A stretch of DNA of 64,000 bases, taken from NCBI RefSeq assembly GCF_009914755.1, contig NC_060937.1. One strand, written 5' to 3'. Both the position numbers and the translations under genes were made by a program. This DNA comes from the human T2T-CHM13v2.0 reference genome, Homo sapiens. Every line of letters starts with the position of its first letter. Within the stretch, counting starts at the first letter, position 1. Positions 30,711 through 42,992 of this stretch are shown one piece after another. Under the pieces are notes generated by a model, which ran no database searches, was not told the origin of the DNA, and was given only the letters and a program-made list of their open reading frames with translations.

Positions 30711-31422
30711 AAATTCAACATTGTACCCTCAGACCCTCCAAGACCAATCAGCAGACTAATATACTCTTCGGCGACTGAATTATTTAACCAGCATTATACA
30801 ACTGATGACTCCACACCAGGAATGTGCAAATCTGGAAGATATGATGGTGTCTGATCTTGAGCTCCTGCCGATAACCCCTTGAAGCCTCCCCTAATGTGTG
30901 ACAACACCATAACACCAGCAGCCTAATTTCTTGGAACTCTAGAAGAACAGATGCAGGAGCACATGGATCCAGGCCACTCAAAATGGCTTTGAATCACTAC
31001 TGTTAGCTAGAGTGGACAGAAGTCGGTATCCAGAAACACGAAGAGCCCCCTGCAATCTACTCAAATTGTCTGATGTCACAAGATACTCCAGTAAACCCTG
31101 AACCACACGGTGGTGCCAAGGCACTGGTTCTGAAGGAGCAAGAGAAGCTTTGGGGTCTAGGCTTAGTCCATTAACAGGCCTCTGGTCAGTCAACAAAGCT
31201 GCAATCATTTGATGTCACCCCTTACAGGTTTCTCCATAAAATAACAGTGATTAAAGCAATGATCGATAGCTAAGTCTAAAGACTAGGTGCTTCATGTCCA
31301 AAAGTGACTGAGAGACCCAAGTTACCTCTTGTGAAAAAGGGAACTGGCATAAAGCTTCTTAGGAAACAAAAAGGCTCGTCAACTAAAAAACTACAGGGGA
31401 GAGAAGGAAGCCGAGTCCCTCT

Positions 31423-31580
31423 AGACAGGACTAAACCCAGATCAAATTTACAAAGGCCCAGACATTGGCAGTAAGCTTTGAGTGCACCAAGAGAGGACTG
31501 AACCCAGGTCAAATTAACAAAGGCCCAGACGTTGGCAAGAAGCTTCGAGTGCACCCAGACAGGACTGAACCCAGGTCAAT
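31423..31580. repeat. 67-bp tandem repeat, ~2.3 copies
   Basis: Unit starts at 31423, 31490, 31557. Confidence 0.88.
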
Positions 31581-33509
31581 CTAATCAAGGTGGATACACT
31601 GGAACTAGGGCCGCCCTTCAAGCTCACAACCTTCACTGAGGCTTACCACATCATGCAAATTAAATTATTAAGGCCAGCTTTTAAAGTGTGTACATGGGGT
31701 GGGGGGAAGGCATTTTCTAGGTTTCATTATTTCTGTTAAAATGTACACAATTCTTGAAATAAAAATCTGGACAATCCAGTGGAAACAGCAAATAAAATCT
31801 CTAAACTATAAAAAAGTCTCAAACACTTTAATTGTGACCTTGTGAAATACGACTCATATAATCTGGCACCAAGGATACCCATATGTAAAATGGAAAGAAA
31901 TTACTCTTAAAATGTCCTTAGGGTCAACTTACCCGGGGCTGGCGGGCCAATCATGTTGATCGAATAAACTACGTAAGTTTATGGATCACTTTCACTCTGT
32001 TTCGGTATACAGCACGCTAGAGGGAGGGGGAGTTAAATTCATCCCTGCTCTTGGATCTCCAACCTCGGCAGCAGTGGAACGCTCCTCTCCAGCATCCTGA
32101 ACATGTTCAAGTTTTCCCCAAACTAAGTTCCTGTCCACTCTGCCCCTGTCCTCCTAAAAGCTGGAGCAAGCTATCTCTACCTGCCCAGGTGTGCATCCTA
32201 ACTCAGGCTACCTGGCTCCAGCCCGGCCTCCGCAGTGACCCCTAAAGGTCACAAAAGCTCGGCTGCTGCGGTCAGTGGGATCTTTTCAGCTGCTCTTTTG
32301 TTCAGCACTGCTGATGGCTCCCTCCTCCTTTAAACTCCATCCTCTTGGTTTCGACACATTCTAGTGTCCTGGTTTCTCCTACCAGCCCCCTCTCAGTCTC
32401 CTTTGTGGCTCTTCTCCCATCCTGAAGCTTGTCCTCACCCTCCACTCCCCTCTACACGTTACCGTGTCCCTTCTCCGGTGGCTCTCTGTGCCTTAGCCAG
32501 GACAATCTTTCAGCTCCTATACGTCATCATCGCCTACCACTAAGGGTCTGTGCATTCTGTTTCTTCTGCCTGGAGCCGCACACGGCTGGCTGCCCCGGAA
32601 CCTCACTTTTTCTCTGGCTAATTTCCAGAGAAATTCTCCACAGTTCAACTCACACCCTCAGCATCTGACACCACTCCCACAGCCGCATCCTACAAGTTCC
32701 TGGAACCCGTGCCTTAGCCTTTGTCCCAACTGTGGTCAAACAATTGTGCATCTGGTGCCTGTCTCCCCTGCTGGGGCATCAACTCCCTCAACGCCAAGAT
32801 CATGCCTGGCCCAGCACCAGTCACACCCAGCAGCACCTTGCTGGCCTCTGAACCGATGTGGACTGAATAAATCCCATCCATCACCATTTCCACCACATTT
32901 CAAAGTAACTGATGTGCACCTCCAGCAGCCTCCCTCCTGCGCTGCGGAACTCTACCAGCTCCACAGATGCACACCTACAGCCACGCTACAGCTCCCGGCT
33001 AGAGCCCGCGCTAGGGCCCCGCTGTGCCTCTCCCTCCCCTCCCGGCAGCAGGGCCTCCCCCGCGAATCTGAGCTTCTCGCGGATTCCTTCCTTGCGCTGT
33101 TTTGGTCAACAGCCTCAGCATCTGCACAGACGCCCGCAGGAGCAGCCGAGCCCTCGCCCGCCTCGACTGCCCGTTTCGAAGCCGCCCTGGGAAGCCCCCG
33201 GCCTGGGTTCCCGCTCGGCCCCGGCCCCTGCCCCAAGGCCCCTACAGTTCCTCCCGGCCCCCGCCCTCCGCTCACTCCCGGTCGTCCCTCGCGGCTCCGG
33301 GTCAAACCCGCGCTCCCCGCGGTCCCGCGCCTCCGACGCCACCGCTCCGGCTCGCGGGCCCGCGGCGCGTTCCTCCCTCGGATCCACGCGGAACGCCCCG
33401 CGCAGCTCGCTGGGCTCGGCCTCCCACATCCAGCGCGCCGCCTGCGCCGACCTTGGGGCCCGACCCCGACCCCGACCCCGACGGGCAGAGGCGACGCCGG
33501 GCCACCTAC

Positions 33510-33512
33510 CAT
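33510..33512 (-). CDS. DCUN1D2: DCUN1D2 exon 1 coding part: initiator ATG only
   Basis: gagATG|GTAGGT donor inside the CpG island; joins exon 2 in phase 0. Exon sum 3+217+169+131+83+97+80=780 nt. Confidence 0.9.
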
Positions 33513-33844
33513 CTCCCCCGCGCCGCCCGCTTCTGGCCGGCCCCGGCCTTCTGCGCAGGCGCGGCGGCGGCTCCGCCCTCGTCCTCGGACGGCCGCGGCC
33601 CTCGGCTCCGGGGCAGTGCCGGGAGCCGGCCGCGGGGACTCCCACTCCCGGCATGCTCAGCGCCGCCCGGGGGCCCACGGGAGCTCGCGCCCCACAGCCC
33701 CTGCGCGTCCAGCCCTCTGCGAGGGCCTTGGCTCGCCCCTGCGGGGTCCAACGCCAGCCTGCGGCTGCCAGGCCCCACGCCGGCCAGGAAGTGCTCGCCG
33801 CCCGCGGCCGACGGGACCCGCCCACGCCCCGCCTCTTAAAGGGG

Positions 33845-34116
33845 GCAGTGACTGCGGCTGGGCGGGAGTCCGGGTCGGCTTGGCTGAGCGGGGGCGGTGC
33901 TGGGCAGGGCGGCGGCCGCTCCCTCCCGGACTCCCGGCCTCCCGGCCTCCCTGGTCCCGCCTGGGAAGGGATGCAAGGAAGCCCTCCGGCGCTGCGCTCC
34001 GAGGCGGGAGACAGCGTCCCCCTCCGCCCCTCGGGTCCTGGCGCCTCAGAGCCCGGCCCAGGCCGCGGAACGGTGATGCTCGGGCCGGACGGGCGGGCGC
34101 GGATCCCTGCGTCCCG
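33845..34116 (+). other. TMCO3: TMCO3 non-coding exon 1 (5' end approximate)
   Basis: Donor CCG|GTGAGC at 34117 at the CpG island edge; TSS inferred only. Confidence 0.7.
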
Positions 34117-34139
34117 GTGAGCACCAGGCCCGTCCATCC

Positions 34140-34420
34140 GGGGCTCTTTCCCGGGGTCCCCTTCCTTCCCTCCCTCCCTGGGGCTCCCCTCCCCTCTCTC
34201 CCTCCCCGGGGCTCACCTTCCCTTCTTCCCTTCCCAAGGGTCCCCTTCCTTCCTTCCCTCCCTCCCTGGGGCTCCCCTCTCTCCCTCCCCGGGGCTCCCA
34301 TTCCCTTCTTCCCTTCCCAGGGGTCCCCTTCCTTCCTTCCCTCCCTCCCTGGGGCTCCCCTCCTCTCTCTCCCTCCCTGGGGCTCACCTCCCCTCTCTCT
34401 CTCCTCGGGGCTCCCCTTTT
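34140..34420. repeat. C/T-rich tandem repeat just after the TMCO3 exon 1 donor
   Basis: ccttccctccctccctggggctcccct units. Confidence 0.8.
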
Positions 34421-34854
34421 CTTGCAGGTATTGTCTCCCGGGGTCGGGTGGTCTGTGTGGCCTGGGGTCCCGCTCCTCCAGGCCTTGCCTAGGCGCTCTT
34501 CGCTGAGGCCCACGTTCTAACCTGGAATGGAACCTGCGTTCCCACCCTGGCCGCCCGGGTGGACTCGGGGCCTCCAGGGCCGGCCGCAGAGATGCAGCCC
34601 TGTCCCTGGCCCCCCTCCTGTGACTCCTAACGGCTCCTCACGGTGTCCATGACCCAGGGTGTGGACGCCTGCGCGGGGGAAGCAAGACCGCTGCGTATCG
34701 GGTCCCTATTCACTGCCTGTTTTTCTGATTATTCTGTCTTCCAAATTTATCTTATTTACCGGCTTTTTCAAAAGGAGTGTCTTAATGATTGGATTACTTG
34801 TGAAATATTTGTAGTTTTTTTCTCCTACAGGCTTGACTTAAATATTCTAAAGCT

Positions 34855-35141
34855 TTTTTGTGGTTGTTGAGACAGAGTTTTGCTGTCGCCCAGGCTGGAG
34901 TGCAGTGGCTGGTCAAGGCTCAAGCGATTCTCCCGCCTCAGCCTCCCCAGGAGCTGGGGCCACAGGGAGCATCACGCCCGGCTAATTATTTCATTTTTAA
35001 TAGAGACAGGGTCTTGCTGTGTTGCCCAGGATGATCTCCAACTCCTGACCTCAAGCAGTTCGCCCACCTCAGCCTCCCAGAGCGCTGGGAATACAGATAA
35101 TTGTGTCGTAATACAGCAGTGGCATTAACCACCGCACCTGG
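34855..35141 (-). mobile_element. Degenerate AluJ
   Basis: Antisense Alu with indels. Confidence 0.8.
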
Positions 35142-35164
35142 TCTTAGGTAGAATTTGAAAACCT

Positions 35165-35450
35165 TTTTATTTTGAGATGGTTGTAGATCACATGAAGTTG
35201 TAAGGAGTAATACAGAGAAATCCTACAGAGTGCCTTTGCCCTGTTTTCTCCAATGGTAGCACCTTGCAAAACCATAGTATATGTGGGGAATTTTCTTTGA
35301 TCAAATCCCCTGACCTGTTGAGATTGCACCAACTATACATGCACTAGTGAGTGTGAATCTACACCTGTGTGTCTTCTCAATAAAATTGAGATTTTTTTTC
35401 ACTCAGCCTTGAGATACATCCGCATTGTTATGTGTATCAATTGCTCAAGA
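35165..35450 (-). mobile_element. L1MC-type 3' end fragment
   Basis: tgtagatcacatgaagttgtaagg...cttgcaaaaccatagta. Confidence 0.6.
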
Positions 35451-35478
35451 TGCAGAAATTCTAAGAATTCATTATTTA

Positions 35479-35818
<340 letters not shown>

Positions 35819-37724
35819 TTACTAATTTGCTCAAAAAACATGCTACAATTTAGTAGTCAGTAGGATTTTGGAGGCAAGTTTGAAGATAAAATGAAATGAG
35901 TTTGAATAAAGGTGATTTGTATTTTAAGGGTCCATAAATAATTTCAGTTTCATGTTATGAGTATGTTTCAGTGGGAAATTTTAGTATAACTACAACTAAA
36001 ATCCTCAAAGGTTTCTCATAAAAATTATAGCTCCCTTAGAGGGACAACTAATTTTAGGAACCTGATTGAGGAAGGAACCAGAAATGAACATAGAGGTGTC
36101 ATTCACACATGAGCTGTGTTGAAACTTATTTTTCTGAAGCATAAAATCCATCAAAGAATCACTTTTTGGGATCTTTTGGGGAAACTGGGAAGTGTAAGCA
36201 AAGCATCTCAGATTTCTGTCTTGGTTCTGGAAAATACTAAAAGTTCACTTGTGAAGTAGCTGTTGATTTATTTAGCTCCGTTGGACCAACCGAGAGAAGC
36301 TTAGCAGTTGAGTGAGTCATTAAAATAACAGCTCAGCTATATGGCTAGGCATGACTAAGTGATTGCCTCATTGTTTGTTTTTAAGGTGGTAAATGTGTAC
36401 TTAAAGTTGTACACGTGTACTTAAAGTTGTATTGAAACTAACATAAAATTGAGTGATTGGAACAGCACATTATCATTTATCCTATCTTGTTAGGAAGTTA
36501 CCTGTTCTAGGTAAGTGAATTCTCTGTGGAGTGTGCTTCTCCTTTTGGGAGTCAGTCTCCAAGAATGTTTTGAATTGAACACTTTCTAACCAGAATATAG
36601 TCTTTTCTTGGTGACTTTTGCTTGTAATTCTGATCAGTACTGTTGTCTAACACAGTACTGTCTTCAGGACCTGCTGGGGTGCAGACAGTCGCTGAGCCTT
36701 CACCGAGTCATCTGGCCTCCAGGCTTTTTTAGTTCTCCTGTTTGTTTTGCATAAGGTTTGTCTCTTTCTGTGGCTGCCATTTCATGGTTTGGGCAGAATG
36801 CTGCCTCCAGAAATGCTGCCCTTACTTTTGCTGCATCTAACCTACTTTGCCTGGGAAACTCGATTAAACCAATTAGAATTTGGGTTAGCAGTGAAATGAA
36901 AGTATAGATATATAGATACATCTTTTAGTAACCAGGTTTCCAGGTCGGGGAATCTTTGTAATATGTGATGGTTGAGTAGGAATTCCTGAGTAACAGTCCA
37001 TTGGATGCTGCTATGAAGAATGGTTAGGTTAATATTTTGTTGTTGTTTACTTTAAACTGTAAATCTGCGTAAGTGGTAGGTGTTGGTTTTGTTGCCTTTT
37101 TTGGGATAGCTACTTGTGACTGGTGATCTCCTAGTGGCCAAATTCCACGGACTCTACGTTTATTACTCCTTCCTTCCACGGTCTCGGTTTCCCACCTCTC
37201 AGCTCGTTCTGCCTTAGTGACCTTTGCTGGCCGCTGTCTCATCCTGCTTTCTGAACAGTGCTCCTGTCTGGGTGCCTTGCCCTACCCCTGCTCATCACCA
37301 CCTGGACACCACGGCTACAGCCGCACTGAAACCGTCCTCATTCCCCCAGCAGTAATGTTCAGAAAGCAGGTTCCTGTCTGTGCTGTGCCTTGCCAGGATA
37401 AATTAATATACATTGTTTTAGGTATTCCTAAAGAAAGGAAGAGAAGGAGACTGAATTGGGATGATAACAAAAAGTTCTAGAGATCTAGGTATTGTGGCAT
37501 ATATATATATATATTTTTAATTCTTGACATCTTGGTAGCACTTGACTGTAGACTGACTTTGGAAATGTGGCAACATTTCAAATGATTTTAAGAAGCCTGC
37601 AGAGCTAACAGTAGCTCAGAAGATTTCGTTTCTGGAGTGACGTTGAGCATGGTGTCCCCAAGCAACCCAGTGACCTGTGAGGGGAAGTTGATGGTATTTT
37701 CTGGGCTTCGATAACATGGACTTT

Positions 37725-37997
37725 CTGTTTTTGTTTTTTTTTTGAGACAGAGTTTTGCTGTTGTTGCCCAAGCTGGAGTACAATGGCGTGATCTGGGCTC
37801 CCTGCAACGTCCGCCTCCCGGGTTCTAGCGATTAGTAGCTGGGATTACAGGCGTGCGCCACCAGGCCCATATTTTTAGTAGAAACAGGGTTTCACCATGT
37901 TAACCAGGCTGGTCTTGAACTCCTGACCTCAGGTGATCTGCCTGCCTTGGTCTCCCAAAGTGCTTGGGATTACAGGCATAAGCCACCATGCCCAACC
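37725..37997 (-). mobile_element. AluS (antisense) ~350 nt upstream of TMCO3 exon 2
   Basis: Alu consensus with small deletions; TSD aacatggact. Confidence 0.9.
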
Positions 37998-38424
37998 AAC
38001 ATGGACTCTCTTAAATAGACTTGGTTAATGTCTTTTGCACATGGTGGAGTTGGTAGAGATACGAGGCTGCGTCGCCCCCCAAAAAAATGACCTTTAATCC
38101 TTTCTATAAAGATGTAGCTGACCTTTAATCATCTCAGCCCTTCACAAAGCACCATACAAGGTACATCAACATTCAGTATTTGATTTTAATCTCAGTGAAA
38201 TAAATAGTTTAGATGTTGATATTTATCTAGGAAAAATGAGAATTTCTTCAGAAAGGTGTCAGTTTTTCAGATCTGATTATTTAATACTCTGATCAATAGT
38301 AATGAATCATTGTTTAACTATGTGTGACAATAACTCTTTTTCAGCTGAAAATGTGTGTCTGACATGCAAGCTCAGTGGGGCAGAGACCCGTGGATTGCTG
38401 TGCCCTGCCCTCCGGACCTGGATC

Positions 38425-38868
38425 ATGAAGGTGTTGGGAAGAAGCTTCTTCTGGGTGCTGTTTCCCGTCCTTCCCTGGGCGGTGCAGGCTGTGGAGCACG
38501 AGGAGGTGGCGCAGCGTGTGATCAAACTGCACCGCGGGCGAGGGGTGGCTGCCATGCAGAGCCGGCAGTGGGTCCGGGACAGCTGCAGGAAGCTCTCAGG
38601 GCTTCTCCGCCAGAAGAATGCAGTTCTGAACAAACTGAAAACTGCAATTGGAGCAGTGGAGAAAGACGTGGGCCTGTCGGATGAAGAGAAACTGTTTCAG
38701 GTGCACACGTTTGAAATTTTCCAGAAAGAGCTGAATGAAAGTGAAAATTCCGTTTTCCAAGCTGTCTACGGACTGCAGAGAGCCCTGCAGGGGGATTACA
38801 AAGATGTCGTGAACATGAAGGAGAGCAGCCGGCAGCGCCTGGAGGCCCTGAGAGAGGCTGCAATAAAG
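38425..38868 (+). CDS. TMCO3: TMCO3 exon 2 coding part (exon starts 38345): signal peptide [22 protein letters not shown] + coiled-coil luminal region
   Basis: cttttcAG acceptor at 38343-38344, atcATGa at 38425, AAG|GTCAGT donor; 148 codons. Confidence 0.93.
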
Positions 38869-38878
38869 GTCAGTCCTA

Positions 38879-38933
38879 GAGAGGGAGAGAGAGAGAGAGG
38901 GAGAGGGAGAGAGAGGTGAAGAGAGAGGGAGAG
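38879..38933. repeat. (GA)n-rich tract
   Basis: Visible directly. Confidence 0.85.
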
Positions 38934-39879
38934 TGCGTGCCCACATCCTCATCCTAGAGACAGCCCACACGGAGCTGGGGAGCAGACAGGAAGGGAAGGC
39001 GTGAATGCTGCTGATGTCGCTCAGGTGTTGTCTTTCACAGGAAATCGCATCTAGAAAAATCTCTCATGTGAGGGAGAATCTTTTCCTTTTGCATAATAGT
39101 GTAGCTCTTACTTCTAGAAGGAGCCAGTCTCATACTTTTCTCTATAGAGAAATCCCCTGGTAATTCAAAAAGTTATTCAAGTTGTACTAGTAAACTGATG
39201 CAAAGATAAATATAACTTAAATCAACATTTGCTGAGTTTCTGACAGGAGTTCCTTTTAGTGTGAAGTTTGACTTTTCTTCAGTGTCATATATCGAAAATA
39301 AAAATACTAAAATTAGTTTTAAACTAATATATACATTTGAATTAAGGACTTTGACCAAGTATGCTTTTAAAATGATGGGAAGTTTCTGAAATTACTGTAT
39401 CAGATGTTGTATTAGCTGTTTACATTTTTTAAAGCCATCATTTCTTGAGTACCTCTACTATACCAAGCATCATGCCAAGCCCTTTAAATATATAAAGTAT
39501 CACGTCATCTTCATAGAAAAACCTGTGATATTATTACACAGCATAAACGTTAGAGAAAATACAGACATTAAACTTTCTTTACCAAAATATATTTTGGGGG
39601 AGAGAAATATGATTATCAGGCAAATGTATAAATCAAGGTTTTCAATAACACTGATTCATTTGTCTTGCCTGTGTGATATGTGCATGAGCTACTGTGACCC
39701 TGTGTACAGTGGAGACGTGAAGATACATTGGTAAGGTCCAGATTTGTGGTGGTTTTATTATAGAGAAAAAACATGAGTTTGAGTAACATTGGCTCCTGGT
39801 ATGCACACTTCATAACATATCAACAGTATTTTAACATATGCTAGTTATTATCTCCTATGCTGAGATTCTCCAGGTGCCG

Positions 39880-40525
39880 GTGACCTGCAGCTATACTAGC
39901 CCTCCAGTTGCGTGCTTGACCTGCAGCTGTGTGTCAGACCTGCAGCTGTGTGATAGACCTGCAGCTGTGTGTCAAGTCTGCAGTTGTGTGTCAGTCAAAC
40001 CTGCATCTCTGTGATAGGCCCCAGCTGTGTGCTAACACCTGTAGCTGTGTGTCAGGTCTGCTTTGGTGTGCTAGACTTGCAGCTGTGCATGAGACCTGCA
40101 GCTATGTGAGACCAGCTGTGTGCAAGACCTGCAGCTGTGTGTGAGATCTGCAGCTGTGTGCAAGACCTGCAGCTGTGTGTGAGATCTGCAGCTGTGTGAG
40201 ACCTGCAGCTGTGTGTGAGACCAGCTGTGTGTGAGACCTGCAGCTGTGTGAGACCTGCAGCTCTGTGTGAGACCAGCTGTGTGTGAGACCTGCAGCTGTA
40301 TGAGACCTGCAGCTGTGTGAGACCTACAGCTGTGTGAGACCTGCAGCTGTGTGAGACCTGCAGCTGTGTGTGAGACCTGCAGCTGTGCGAGACTTGTAGC
40401 TGTGTGAGACCTGCAGCTGTGTGAGACCTGCAGCTGTGTGAGACCTACAGCTGTGTGAGACCTGCAGCTGTGTGAGTCTTGCAGCTGTGTGAGAGACCTG
40501 CAGCTGTGTGAGACCTGCAGCTCTT
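39880..40525. repeat. 17/19-bp VNTR (GAGACCTGCAGCTGTGT)
   Basis: Visible directly; degenerate on the left, homogeneous on the right. Confidence 0.95.
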
Positions 40526-41184
40526 TGTCAGTGGCATCAGATGATGTCTCATGACTACTTAGTAATTGAGGCGATGATGTTCTTCTAGGCTCTGGTCCTC
40601 TCTGCTCTGGCCTTGTCCCACCCCTTTAGCTAAGAATAAATGTTTAAAAGTAAGATTATTGATTAAATATAATTGTGTAAAATACATTACTAAATTATAT
40701 TGCCAGCATCATCCATCAGTTCTTCAAATGATTAATGCTGTTGGTTTCTACATGTGTTTTGGAACAGCTTTCCCTTGTAACTTGAATTTGACTGTGCATT
40801 GCATTTAGATAGTAGCTCCACATTCAGGTCTCACATCTGGTTTTAAAGTACCGCTGCACTCACACACATGATAGACCTGGAGCACAGTCACTGTTGAGTA
40901 AATGAGTTTTGTGTGAATGGATGACCTACAGATATTACATTTACTTTTGTGTAACAAATGTTTCTTACGTGTGTTGATGTACGTACACAAAAACCTTTCC
41001 CTAAACATTTGGCTAAGCTCAGTTATGTTTGAATAACTAGGACACGTGACTTCCCTAGCTGACCAGAATTAAGTTATTGACATATGAACAGGGACATTTG
41101 ACAAAGCAGGAGGATTGATTAAGAAAGTCATGTCCTAGCTTATTTCTTAATATATCTCACTCTTCTTTTCTTACAAATGAATAG

Positions 41185-41364
41185 GAAGAAACAGAATATA
41201 TGGAACTTCTGGCAGCAGAAAAACATCAAGTTGAAGCCCTTAAAAATATGCAACATCAAAACCAAAGTTTATCCATGCTTGACGAGATTCTTGAAGATGT
41301 AAGAAAGGCAGCGGATCGTCTGGAGGAAGAGATAGAGGAACATGCTTTTGACGACAATAAATCA
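41185..41364 (+). CDS. TMCO3: TMCO3 exon 3: [19 protein letters not shown]...HAFDDNKS (coiled coil)
   Basis: TAG acceptor, TCA|GTAAGC donor, 180 nt, phase 0-0. Confidence 0.92.
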
Positions 41365-41689
41365 GTAAGCGTTCCAGAACAGCTGCTTCTTCACCTCCTG
41401 AGCCACTCACTAATCAGAAGACATGTTGTTGAAATTGTTCACGTGTATGTTTTTAATGTAGATTGAAAATGAAGACAAACTAAAATGCTTCTCTGTCGTA
41501 GAGAAAATAATTTGGTCTTGTAGAAGTAAGCTAATTATCTTTTATTTTCCTTTTATATTTTTAACACCGACAGTCAGTTCCCCTCCTCAGCAGCTTGTCT
41601 GCATTTTCCAGAGGCCAGATGGATTGGGACACTGGGACTCTAGTCTCAGGACAGCCTGGACAGTTGGGTTTAATGCTGATCTACTGGGG

Positions 41690-42301
41690 TGTTACCAGAA
41701 ACAGGTCCTAATCCAGACCCCAAGAGAGAGTTCTTGGATCAGGGGTAGTCCATAGAGTAAAGTGAAAGCAAGTTTATTAAGAAAGTAAAGAAACAAAACA
41801 ATGGCAACTCCATAGGCGAGCAGCCCTGTGGGTTATTTTTATGATTATTTCTTGATTACATGCTAAGCAAGGGGTAGGTTATTCATGAATTTTCTGGGAA
41901 AGGGGTGGCGGTTTACTAGAACAGAGGGTTCCTCCCATTTTAGACCACATAGGGTAACTTCCAGATGTTGCCATGGCATTTGTAAGTTGTCATGGCGCGG
42001 GTGGGAGTGTCATTCCACATGCTAATGGATTATAATTAGTATATAGTGAGCAGTGAGGACGAGCAGAGGTCACTCTCATTGCCATCTTGGTTTTGGTGGG
42101 TTTTGGCTGGCTTCTCTACTGCATCTTGTTTTGTCAGCGGGGTCTTTGTGGCCTGTATCTTGTGATATCAGTCTTGGCGACCTCCTGTCTCACCCTGTGA
42201 CTAAGAATGCCTGTCCCGGACATGCAGCCCAGTAGGTTTCATCCTCATTTTACCCTGCTCATATTCAAGATGGAGTCGCTCTGGTTTGAACACCTGTAAC
42301 A
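41690..42301 (-). mobile_element. MER41(B)-type ERV1 solo LTR
   Basis: TG...CA ends, 4-bp TSD GGGG (41686-89 / 42302-05), matches recalled MER41 consensus along its length; AATAAA on the minus strand near 41773. Confidence 0.85.
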
Positions 42302-42800
42302 GGGGAACATTGAACTTCTTATAGAAAATGATCTTCATCTCTGAAGCAGGAATTCAGGCTGCTCATTTGTTGTAGTGTGTTTAAGATTCTAAGAAAAAAA
42401 GTGGGACTGATGACGAAAATTGACTGTGGGTCTTGAGGACTCACAAAAAGGTTGGGTAATAAAAACAAATCAGAATAAGATTAGAAAAGAAAGCAGAGAG
42501 AATAAAAATAGAGCAGAAGAAACAAGTTGTTTTAAAATCTACTAGTTATGGAATTAGAGGAGAACTCGTATTTTAAGGGCTATGAATTTCTTGAAAGAAT
42601 GGTGAAGTAGATCTTGGAAAGTAGCAGAAATCCTAAACCTATCCATTCTTAAATTACTTCTTTAATTGAAAAAGAAGTCCTAATTCACTGCTAATGAACA
42701 CTGATTGATGTATTTTTAACATTCTTCTGTTTAGCGTTCATTCTCCAAAAATTGAAAGCATTTAATGGATTTTAATTGCATAATATTATTATTCTTGCAG

Positions 42801-42992
42801 GTCAAGGGGGTCAATTTTGAGGCAGTTCTGAGGGTGGAGGAAGAAGAGGCCAATTCTAAGCAAAATATAACAAAACGAGAAGTGGAGGATGACTTGGGTC
42901 TTAGCATGCTGATTGACTCCCAGAACAACCAGTATATTTTGACCAAGCCCAGAGATTCAACCATCCCACGTGCAGATCACCACTTTATAAAG
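42801..42992 (+). CDS. TMCO3: TMCO3 exon 4: [12 protein letters not shown]...PRADHHFIK
   Basis: cttgcAG acceptor, AAG|GTAGTG donor, 192 nt, phase 0-0. Confidence 0.93.

Larger units (their letters stand above)
32980..34140. promoter_or_regulatory. CpG island / bidirectional promoter of DCUN1D2 and TMCO3
   Basis: Very high GC and CpG density, GC boxes, NRF1-like TGCGCAGGCGC at 33552-33562; divergent first-exon donors at 33509 (-) and 34117 (+). Confidence 0.9.

Noticed and set aside
32746-34513. Long overlapping ORFs (586, 402, 340, 245 aa) across the CpG island
   Set aside because: Pro/Arg/Gly/Ala-rich in all frames, as expected from stop depletion in GC-rich DNA; no recognisable domain.
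38302-38424. Upstream ATG 38302 as an N-terminal extension of TMCO3
   Set aside because: It lies in intron 1 upstream of the acceptor at 38344; only the exonic open stretch matters (used in the circle finding).
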